Source of the DNA: Styela clava | Lineage: Eukaryota | Assembly (NCBI RefSeq): GCF_964204865.1 | Contig: NW_027556749.1 | Span: forward strand, 124,001-187,270 | Direction of reading: 5' to 3' | Length of the DNA: 63,270 bases | Part shown: positions 34,006 through 45,400 of the stretch, in pieces | Layout: each line of letters starts with the position of its first letter | Numbering within the stretch: position 1 is the stretch's first letter | Notes under the pieces: generated by a model | The model's database searches: none | Told to the model about the DNA's origin: nothing | Seen by the model: only the letters and a program-made list of their open reading frames with translations | Program-made: the position numbers and the translations under genes

Positions 34006-34352
34006 TGAATAATAGTTTACAAAATACTTTAGATACAGCTTGCGCAAATTTAGTTAAGATTAAACAAAAAATTGACGAATTGCGTAAAACTGAAACTGAA
34101 TATAAAGATATTTTAGTTGCTGTTATGAAATCTCACGACTTGAATAAATATGTGTCAAATAACCACTCATTTAATGTGTACAAAGAACGTAAAACAAAGA
34201 GATTGAACACAACAATTTTTAAAAAATTAGTTCAAGAAGAACTTAAATATACAAATGAACAAATGGCAGAATTAATTGAAAAATCTTCTGGTGAAACAAT
34301 TACAAAGTCATTTATTAAAATTAGTGCTGTAAAGAATGATACATCAAAATAA
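34005..34352 (+). CDS. Hypothetical protein (115 aa)
   Basis: TAATG coupling; helical N-terminus. Confidence 0.7.
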   Translation: MNNSLQNTLDTACANLVKIKQKIDELRKTETEYKDILVAVMKSHDLNKYVSNNHSFNVYKERKTKRLNTTIFKKLVQEELKYTNEQMAELIEKSSGETITKSFIKISAVKNDTSK

Positions 34353-35016
34353 TTATAAGAAATATATAGTACCTCGTTTTAATGTTGAACAATTTGAATT
34401 TAACATGGCGAATTTGAAATTTGAAGAAAAAACACATAAATATCTATTAGTAGATAATCCATATCTTCAATTATCAAGTGTAAGTCAAGAATTGTCACAT
34501 TGTAATAGATACTACGCCAGACGAGGTCAATTAGCTTCTAAAAGGATTCTTCAAATTGCGTCCCTAACAGGTAAAATTATTCACGGCGCATGTGAAAAAA
34601 CAATATGAAATGAAGAAGTAGATTTGAGATCATCCGATTTTGATACAATACGAAATCGAATCAAACCTTGAATTGAAGAGCTAAAAAAACATTTCGAAAA
34701 AAATGATTATTTAAAGATCATAATGACAGAAGTCCCGTTGGTTTCTCGAAAAGAAAAACTGGCGGGCACTGCCGACTTGATATTATGAAACGACAAAGAT
34801 AAGTGTGTCGAAATCTGAGACTGAAAAAGTGGAAAATATTCGTCTTATGAAAGCACTAAATGAAAATATTCGGCGCAACTTTGAGGTTACATAATGTTAC
34901 TAAAAGAAAACTGAAAACCAAAAAACGAATACCAAAAAATTAGAACTTTTGTTGTTCACATGAAGGGAAATTTATTAATAAAGGAACAATTAAACTATGA
35001 AGAATTATGACAATAA
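34336..35016 (+). CDS. PD-(D/E)XK exonuclease (226 aa)
   Basis: FEEKTHKY, SVS, GKIIH, TE, LAGTADL, IWDWKSG and AQLWGY. Confidence 0.85.
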
Positions 35017-35473
35017 ATATATTATAGCAATTGACACCGCACTCAAAAGTGGATATTATGGGAGATTGGGAAGGTTAGGTTTTATTAAAGGACACGGAAC
35101 ATTTAGTGACGTTTTAAGAAAAATAAAATATCACATTGACATTATAAAACATCAAATTTCACCAAACAATCCTCTCATATTAATCACTTATGAAGATGTT
35201 GGAAGAAATCACAAGACAACAGCAAAATTACACGAGTATAAGGGAAAACTTTTACAAACAATAGAAAACACAGTTATTCATTATAAATATGAACGTTTTA
35301 ATGAAGTTAACGTATTTAACTCAATTTTGGGGAAAAAACAAAAATGATTAAGAGTTGATAAAAAAGCATTTTCTAAAGATTTGTATAATAAATATAACGA
35401 AGACAAAACAGATAATGATGACCTAGCCGACGCCTTCGTTTTATATAAATATTATGATGAGTATCTTGAGTAA
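34997..35473 (+). CDS. RuvC-like Holliday junction resolvase (158 aa)
   Basis: IIAIDT, YED and NDDLADA acidic motifs. Confidence 0.75.
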
Positions 35474-37821
35474 TGGACAAAAAATGCTGTATTATAGACA
35501 TTGAAGTTTATAACACTAGCAATAAGCAAGGTCATCTATTAATAGGCTTATTACCTTTATATGGCGACGAAGCATTAATCTACGATAATCCGTCGAGAGA
35601 AAAAGTTAAAGAGATTTTAGAAACTCACAATTTTATTTCTTTCAACGGTTATCGATATGATTTTATTGTTTTAGAAGATTACATAGAAGGAAAAAGTGTT
35701 CTGACTTCAAATAACAAAATTATTAAAGGAGGGAATGTATATTTAGAAAATAAGTTGGGTAAGTATACTCACAAGTATTGAATGAAAAAAGCTTATCGTT
35801 CTTACGATTTGGCTGAATCTCAATTTGTAACAACTGGCTCAATCGGAATGTCTTTGAAAAATAAGTACATTAAAAAATTTAAGCACGATATTTGAGAAGG
35901 TGAAAAAGGAGATAAAAAACAATTTGAAGAAGTTGATTATATCTATAAAAACAAAGATAAATGTATACAATATCTTAATCGAGATTTGTACGCAACAAAA
36001 AGATTATTTAAACATCATGATAGAAATAGTTATTTAAATATTGCTAAGATTGTCAACCCTACATTATCAAAACGAGTTTTACAATGATTATTATTTAATA
36101 AAAAAATTACTTTAATTGTTCGTAGCTTGTTAAAAGGCGACAAGAATCCTTTTTGTAGAGCATCAAACGTTGTCACTTATAAATCTGATAACGATTCTCG
36201 AAATTACAATCCACCATTTATTTCATACCAAAAAGACTGTATTTCAACGTCGACTGAAACAGATGGAGGAATTCATAATGCTATTCAAAATAAACTATTT
36301 AAAAGTGATGGCGCCGGAAAAATTTTTTCATTAGACTTTACATCACTTTATCCTAACATTTTAATACAAGGACAAAATAAAAAACAATTTCGTATCTTCA
36401 ACGACGACTCGCTTTGACTATATAAAAGTTGATTAGAAAAGGCGACGAGATGAAAATTTGGGACCGCCGATGAGAAAGAACAAAGAAAACCATTAAAATT
36501 ATTGTTAAACAGTACTTATGGTATCCTTCAATATATCTGTGTAAACAACTCAATTGGCGAAAAAATTAGAAAATGAATTTGTAAACAAGGACGTATTTAT
36601 TGTATAAGCCTCGTTGATAAATTTAACAAAGAAGATACTATGATTAATATTAACACTGATGGTATTTTTGTTAAAACTAAAAAAGATGTTAATTTAATTA
36701 GAGAAGAAATTGAAAAAGCGGTAGGGATTGGTTTAGTAGCAACAGAGTTAAAATGATTCTTATCAAAAAATGTTAACGAGTTTTGTTATGAAACTATTGA
36801 TGGACAATTTGGATTAAAAGGTATTTATAATTATACTAAAATTAAACCTAATATTATTGATGGTAAAAAATTAACCGAATATGATATTAGAGAAAGAAAA
36901 AGATGAATTGAAGACTTCTCTAAAAATAAATATGAAAATTTGCCAAAAGATTATGCGTTATTTGGATTCGCTATTAATGATGAAATAGATGAAAAATGAG
37001 CTAAAAGTAACAGAGAAGCAATTACTGAACTTCATAGATTAGGATTAGATTTAGATTGTATTCAATGAACACAGACAGTAGTTAAAAGAAACAAAGATAA
37101 TACTAAGTATGTAAGACATCGAAGTAAAGATTGAACAATTGATACAACAAAAGTTAATGCTTATGAAAAAATAAGTCCATACGCGTCTCAAAATAAGAAA
37201 ATGAAGACGTTTGAAAAATTTAACTGTATTAGTGTTAAAGGAAATGGTAAATATACTATTTTTGATGTCGATGGTCCATGTATGTTGACTGACAAATTAA
37301 AAAAGTTTAAAGACAAAACACTTATGATTAAATCAACAAACAACGACGAAGATCATTTTAAATTAATTTTTGAAAGTAATAATATAATTTGAGAACTTCG
37401 AGAAAATTATAAAAAGTATGACAAGATAGTTGAGTTAAGACCATTTAAATTTATGACAGTTTATGATGTTAAAAATATAGAATATAAAAATAATGGAGTA
37501 AAAATTGCTAAATTACCAAATGATCTTAAATTTTTCTTGGATGATGTCCACATTTTGAAAAAAGACTACAAAATATGTGACGAAATCGAAGAGCAATTGA
37601 TCAAGAAAGGGTTTAAGTATTCACGACACGCTTTACACCCCTATATTTTGACTATTCAACCAAAATGCCACGCAAGCGGTAAAAGTGACCACCACAATAA
37701 AGTAAAAAAAGGCTTAATATTGAGTGTAAAGAGTTTGGGTAATAAATTATATGTAAATTGTTGATGTGGAGATGAAAAATGTAAAGATGAATTTTTAAAG
37801 GAAATTGAATATAATGAATAG
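35473..37821 (+). CDS. Family B DNA polymerase with a C-terminal primase-like/Zn-binding extension (782 aa)
   Basis: Exonuclease motifs DIEVY, FNGYRYD and YLNRD; polymerase motifs DFTSLYPNI, KLLLNSTYG and NTDG; continuous code-4 frame. Confidence 0.88.
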
Positions 37822-39379
37822 TAAAACAAAAAAAGATTTATGTACTGAATTATTACACATTTGTATTGAACGTAATAAAAGAAAATGACCTGACATTATA
37901 GATCATTTAAAAAATTGTTTTCCAAAAACGCCTTTTAAAGCTAATGAAATTATAATTCAATTTTTTATGGATTATAAATTAAAAAGATTTTATAAAGAAG
38001 TTGTAAGTAAGTATTTTTTATATAAATATGATATTGTTAAAATTGGAGTGTTTACATATGTGTTTGATAAGAAAAAAAACAAATGGCAAAATTTTGAAAT
38101 TAACGAGTTCATGGATTTATTAGACAAAGAAGAAATTCCCGAAGATTCAGCTCAAAATATTTATGATCACATCATTAAAAAATTACCTGATGGTTCAGAA
38201 GGTTCGGTTAAGTTAAGAAACATTTTGATAGAGTTTGCTGATAACTGTCACAAAGACGGCGGTTATTTTTTCAGCAATAACAAAGCTTATAAAATTGAAA
38301 AAGATGGGGATGGTGTCGTTTTGAAAGAACATGATATACCGCTTTGGGATACTAAAAAGAAGCAACCAATCCCTTATTTTCAAAATTTACCTTTTAACAA
38401 AAGTATTTATAATAGATTAATTGAAAAAGGGGAAGCTAGTATAGATAAAGACGTTTTGAATATGTTTGGTGGTTTATTTGAAAATAATAGTGAAGGGCGT
38501 TTAAATATGATTGCTTTATTTAAGTGTACAGCTAAATTATTATTGAGATACTCATATTTAGGGTTAGTTTTTATTATTTATAATTCGGTAGGACGTAATG
38601 GAAAATCTAAATACTTGGAACTTCTAGACAACTTATCGCCAGAAACATCAACTTCTAAGTCAGCAATTAATACTATTATGAAATATGAGTTTGATATTAT
38701 CACTAAAATTAGAAATAAAACTTTAATCATTCAAGATGAAAAACAAAAAATTACAAAAGAAGAAATTGTTTTTTTCAAAAAGACGACAAGTAATTTATAT
38801 ACTGACTTTTTAAAAGTTAAATTTGGTAAACCGTCGATGATGATTTATCCTCAAAACTTCGTAACATCAACTAACTATACAATGGATTTAGAAGAAGATA
38901 ACGATAGTATTAGAGCTAGATTTAAATTCATGCTGTTCCCCAAAAATTTCAAAGGCGCCGATTCAAAAGACGCTATGGATCCTGACAAACTAGATAGATT
39001 AATGAGATCAAAAAGTTTTTTAGAAGAAGTATTTACAACATCACTATACTATTTAATGGCGTACAAATGTAAAATTGAAAATACTAAAGCGATGGAAGAA
39101 TTGTATAATAAGAATATCAGCAGTCCAATTAAAGATTTCTTAGAATGATTGCTAGGTGATGGTAAAAGTAAATATTATAAACCTTCAGAACTACGCGATG
39201 AATATAGAATTTGAAAAACTGAAAGTGACATGTCTATTATAGATCGCCGACGTTTACCTCAAGTTTCGAAATTACTTAAAGTATTATATGACTCTTCTTT
39301 CTCTGAATACAGCGTTTATAAAGAAACTTCTTCAGGTGGTCAAGTGTGTTATAATATATCTAAAGTAATTAGAAGATAA
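37814..39379 (+). CDS. D5-like SF3 helicase (521 aa)
   Basis: Walker A GRNGKS, Walker B IIQDE, motif C STN and Arg finger IRARF. Confidence 0.82.
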
Positions 39380-40861
39380 TTAAGATCTAATAATACTTCC
39401 GTGTCTGATGTTAGACATACGCATTGATCTTTCTCTATTTCTAATACCTTTAAGATAACCAATACGATTACCTTTAATTTCTCGCATTAGACCATAACAC
39501 ATTGCGTCGAAAGGATCGTTAAATCCAACACTATTATCTTCAACAAGTTTGTTAACATCATTAGCATCATGTTTATATTTCATGCTGTTTAAACATTCTA
39601 AAAGAACTGGACATTTATTTTTCAATACATAAAATTTAGCTACAGACATAACTTCTTTAATCGATGTAATTCTAATCTCACGTTTAAAACTATTTGAGTT
39701 TTTACTTTTTACTGGAACAAAATATATGTTACTTCGAGCTTTAGCATACATTCGTAAATTATGGACTAAGTTAGGTTCGTTATCGTCGGTATATACTGTG
39801 GCTGCACGATTCATATCAAAGCCAAATTTTCTTAAAGAATCATGAATAAAAGTGAAAATAGTTGTCTGTAAAGAGGTCGAATTATATGCGCGGTTTTTGT
39901 GTATTATTTTTTTTTCACATAACGTTATAACACTAGTTCGATCTCTAGAAACAATACCCATTCAAACATAAGTCATGTTTATCGTTCGACCAAAATCGAC
40001 ACCAATTCGGAAAGAGCCACCTTCAAATGTTTTCTCAACTTGGAGCAAATTATCAATATGGATAATTTTTTCTGTTGGGAATATAATGTCTGAAGAAACA
40101 GCAGGTTTACCATAAGCAATAACTTCGGCGTTGTGGGATCCAGATTCGGCGTCTTTTAAAATTTCCTCGATTTGTTGTTTAGAAATATAACCTTCATCTT
40201 TAGTTTTGAGAATATTAGTTCAATGGTAAATCGTGTGATCTTCTTCACTAATATAAAACTCTTCACCTTTAGTCATCATTTTAGCTCGATTTCAAGGCAA
40301 TACTTTTTCAAGTGTTCTAAAGAATCAACATCCGGGGAAGAAGGGGTTTGATGTGAAGAAACGAATACTTTCTTTTTGACCGGCAATAGCACCTTTAATG
40401 GCTGATAAGTCGGATTCGTCTAATTCACCAGCTTCGTCGTAAATTGAAATAACATAATCACAATAACCTCGAGGGAGTCCTACGTGCGCAATTTTACGTT
40501 GTGAAGAGTCTTTCAATCCTAAAGCTCTAACTGTGTAGTTATTTCCTCGAATTGTTGAGTTTGAATAATTGATATTAAGTCCATTTTTTTTATATCAAGG
40601 TGGAATTAAATTAATATACTCTTCAAAAATGTATTTAATATTTTTTAAAGTTTTACGAATTAAATAAATACGAAATGATTTTTCGGGCATAAAGTCGGCA
40701 CACATCATCGCAAAAACTAATGCGTTTGCGGTTTTACCTGTATAACGACCCCCACCAAACATAAATTTATAAATATTTAATTCTTCACCTCTTGACATCT
40801 TTAACATAATGTCGTTTAAATATGAAAATGTTGGTGATAATCCAAATTTATTTTTATTCAT
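39380..40861 (-). CDS. terL: Terminase large subunit (493 aa, PBSX-like)
   Basis: GGGRYTGKT, IYDEAGE, TSNP, IGVDFG and NDPFDAMCYG. Confidence 0.92.
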
Positions 40862-41254
40862 CTATACTTTTTTTCCTGATTTATTTTCTACATTAATAGT
40901 ATATTTTGGAGCTTCGTCAGAAGTTATAGTTATTTTATTACCTATATCGTAACGAGAAGCTGTTGATAAAGCTCGTCTCATAACAATACTTTTTAATTGT
41001 TCTGAAAATTCACGTCAATTACTATCACGTACACAAAATCCTAATTCAAATTTTCATTTCTTATATTTTTCAATAAGTGATGGAATTGATCCAGGATCTG
41101 CTAATAGAACTAGAGTGTCGAGTTTTTGTTTCTTTAAAAAATCTGTGAAACAAGTACAAGGCCCAACCTCTTTATGTGTTATCTTTTCAATTTTACGCCC
41201 ATTTTTTTTAATATTTTTCTTGGGTCTAATTTTCCTTGATTGTATTTTGCTCAT
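40862..41254 (-). CDS. Putative terminase small subunit (130 aa)
   Basis: AAGGAG RBS; directly upstream of terL; fitting size and KITITSD tail. Confidence 0.55.
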
Positions 41255-42453
41255 GCTTGACTCCTTATTTGTGTTTTTTTATATTTAACTCTCTTTCTTA
41301 TTTCTCTCTTTAAGTTTTTCTTCCCATATTGTTTTCTAGCATTTTTAACTTTTAGTGATATATCTTTTTTAGCATTTATTTTAGCAGTCTTCAACTGTTT
41401 TATATTAGTTTTTCTTAATTCAATATCTCTATAATATGATCTTAAATTTTGACGTTGTCATGTTTTTAGAACAGATTTTGTAGGTCTGATAACATCCATC
41501 CTTGTATCGCTAACGTGAAAGTCACTACCTAAAACATCACTGAAAACAAAGCCAGTATAATCGACGTTTTTTTTAGCTTCTGCTTTTAAAACACCAATCA
41601 TTTCTCTTCTTCTTTTTCGTCATGACTTATTTATTTGTGCTATAGCTCATTTTTCAACTTTCTCTCTTTTTTTTTCTGTTCATTTTTTTCCTTTAGCAAC
41701 AGTTGTAAGTAAAGCTTGACCTAATTCAGGATTTTTAAAAAAGATTCCAGTTTTTCACATAGCGGTTCCAATTCCACTACCACTTCCTTTACCTTTTATT
41801 TTACTATAAGTAGATCCAAAAGCAATTTTTGAGGGATTTAGACTTTCTTCATAAATTCTTTCTGGTATTTTAACTCAAATATATCATCTATTGTGAGCTC
41901 TAATTCATAATTGTTGGGTAGTATGTTCATATCTAAGTCCTTGAATTCAAGAAGAAGCTACTCCTTTTAAATTTTCATAAGTTTCTAAGTTACCAACATT
42001 ATATTTGACAGCTACTTGCTGTTTATTAATAACATCACCTTCTCGCGTTATATCTGTTTGTTTATTAAGATAATCTTCTTTGTCAAATTGGATTGATTTA
42101 ATTTCATCATATAACATTTGTAATGCTTTGTCATAACCTCCTTTAGTAGCTATACCTAAAATATTTAGATGTTCTATTTTTTCTCTAAAGGCTTTTGCGT
42201 AAGCACTTGACATGTGAGTTTCAATTCTATCAACAGCTTTATCGATTTGGATTCTTATTAATTGACGTAATGCTTTCCGATCTCAAGGATTTTTTATATA
42301 ATAATAATATATTATAGATCTTGCCTTGTTGATTGTAGCTGTAATACCAGGTTGAAAAGCTCTAATGTCTGGTACCCCAGCATATCTATCTCTTTTTATT
42401 ACTTGATAAAATGAATTTAAACGTTTATTATAATTTGTAAAGTTATTATTCAT
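41179..42453 (-). CDS. Basic protein with a central KTSC-like domain (~424 aa), possible minor head protein
   Basis: SSWIQGLRYEHTTQQLWI...YIWVKIPERIYEE...SGIG; Lys/Arg-rich C-terminus. Confidence 0.6.
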
Positions 42454-42457
42454 AATT

Positions 42458-45400
42458 TTATTTTACAGGATTCAATCTTTTCAAAACTAAAGTACTATTT
42501 TCACTTAAATCATAACCAAACGTATTTACTAAGTCATAATCGCTAATTGTTGTTGATACTATATTATCTTCAGCGTCAACAATTGTATTATAAACACTTG
42601 ATCCTGTTGTTATAAGTGAAGTAGCTTTTACATTCAATTTTGAATTTGTTGGATTATAAGTAGTATATACTGTTAAAGGTCTAGACAATATATTAATAAT
42701 ATGTCTTTTAAAAACATTAAAGAAAGGATGCGCTGATATATATTTAACAACAGGTTTATAAATGTCTTTAAATAATTCATATCATAAAGATTCTGTATTA
42801 TAACTTATATTATTTTTATATTTTTCTAAAATTGTTAAAGGTTCACTATTTACGATATTTAAAGTATTTTCAGATGCTCAAAAATCAGCTGTAGTCATAG
42901 TCATAGCATCTATATAAAATTGTTTTAAACGTTTTAAATCTTCTAAAAGTATTGAAGGTGTTGTATATTCAAGAGAACTAAGATAAAATACAGGTTCATT
43001 CATCTTTGAATCATCTTCGAAAAAAGCACCAGTACCAAATGAATAATAACCACTACTTTGTTGAGATGTACTTTTTTTCTTATAAGATCGGAGTGAGTTT
43101 ATTGAAAGAACATAATAATTATCTGAAATTATTTGGTCATAGCAAAAAGAAAATCAAGGTTCTTTTTTATGTGGATTTATATTATATAATCAAGTATTTT
43201 CACCGTTAGGTTCTGCGTCTTTCAAAATATGATTATTTATAAGTTTCTTATCTACAGCTTTATTATAACCATTTATAACAGTTTGAGCTCTATATCTTGA
43301 CATTGAAATAGAATAATCACCTTTATATTTTCCTACATCTTCTAAAAGAACAATTGGTTGTATATTAGAACTTAAAAGACTTTCTCATTTCGGTAAACTA
43401 GGATATTGTTCAAACACAGAAATTGTAGGTTTAAATTTTATTAAGTTAGGATCTATATATTGAACTATTTCTTCTTTTAATTGTAGATTAAATCTATAAG
43501 CATTAATTTGATTTTTAGATCGACCATTAATAGATGCATTAGATGAAGCTGTGTTTCAACCCGAACCTTTAAGATATCTTAATCTAGCACTTCTAGCATT
43601 ATATCAAAAAGGAAATCCATTATTTTTATGAGTTATGGAATGATATTTACCAGTTAAATTTAAAAATCTATAATTTCTACCATCCTCATATAAATCAACT
43701 AAGTCTTTAAACTGAATTCCTTTATTAGCAGAATATAAATGATTTAAAGTTAAAGGTTGTAATGTGTTATATTCAGCTTGAAAATAACTTTTTCAGTTTG
43801 TATAATCTTCTGTTGTGAAAGGATAATCTGTCATATTACCCGATGGTTTTATAGAATTAGTAATAGGTGAATAACCAACATATTGATGTTCAGTATTTAT
43901 TAAGTACAAATCACTTACTGTTTTTTCTAATTCACTTTTAGAATAATAATATGTTCTTTTTTTATAGAATAATGAATACAAAGAACTATATACTGTTGAT
44001 GATTTAGTTGATATAATAGAATCTTTTTTGTCTCTTATATATATTTCTAAATATTGCTTTAATTGTTCCATCGTTTTTGTTTCATCTATTAAACGTTGGT
44101 TTGCTACTGTTTTCATAGTTTCGATGTTAGTGGTTGATTCTTTATACAAATGACCACTCATATAAGTTTCTAAATCGCTAGAAACATCTGTTAAACTTGA
44201 GAGACTTATAGCTGTAGTATAAATCTTATTATATGCTGTTTCACTATTTGTAAAATTTTCATCTCCTATAATATCACTATAAATGTCTACAACCGCTTCA
44301 TCTTCTCTACTACTATTATATTCACTCTCTATTATATTTACTGTCTTTACTTTTAAATCATCATAAAAACTATTTAAATTAATTATTTTAGCATCCATGT
44401 AATTATCAACTTCTTTTTGTAAAGAACCTATTAATTTTTCTTTTGCTCTTGTAAAAATTTCATCTATAAAAATATATTTATATTTATCATAATCAATACT
44501 TGTTAAAGTATTAAAATTATTAGGTTTGACAGGATAAGCATCACCTACAGGTAGCCCATAATATTCTACAGCATCATTAATAATTTGACCTAGTTTTTTA
44601 TAATCGGTAACTATAATAGGTGATGTGTTTAAAGAATTTATAATTGTATCTTTATATCAAGTGCTCAAATCTAATAATCTTTGATCTAAGTCCCTTATAT
44701 TAGTTAATTTTTGACTATTTGATAAATTAGTATTATCATTAACTCTAACTTTAAGATCTATAATATCTTGAGGTTTAGTAAGACCATCATAGTTAAAGTC
44801 ATCATTAGAACTGTCGACAGTAAATAAATTTTTTAAAGCAGTTATTTTTAGCAAATTTTTATATTTTTCAATATTATATAATAAATTCTGTTCAATATCA
44901 GTAGGAAAATTTTTTAACTTAATATCTTTTTCTTTATTCTCTAAATAGTGTGGAAATGTATATTGTTGTTCTATCTCTCTAATAATATTGTCAGATTCTA
45001 TAGTATAAAGATTTAGTAATTTGGTATCAACCAACAATATTAACTTATCTTTTAATTCTTTAGTAATATCTTTTTTAACAATATCTATATTAATATTGAC
45101 ATCTTGAACATCTTCAAGTGTAACTGTAAATACAGTATAAGTATTTATTGAATTTTTTTTTTCTAATAATTGATTTATTGTTTTAAAAGTTTCAATTTCT
45201 TGGATATCAGTTATATAAGTATAATTAATATCATCTAATATAGAATTATATAAAAATTCTTTAGTTTCTAAAGGAACTATTTTTTCTAATTTATCAACTG
45301 TAATTGATTGAGCCGTATCATCTATAACAGATTTGTTTTTATAAGATTCCAAATTTGAATAATTATCAGTACTATAATTAAACAATACCATGTTAGAAAC

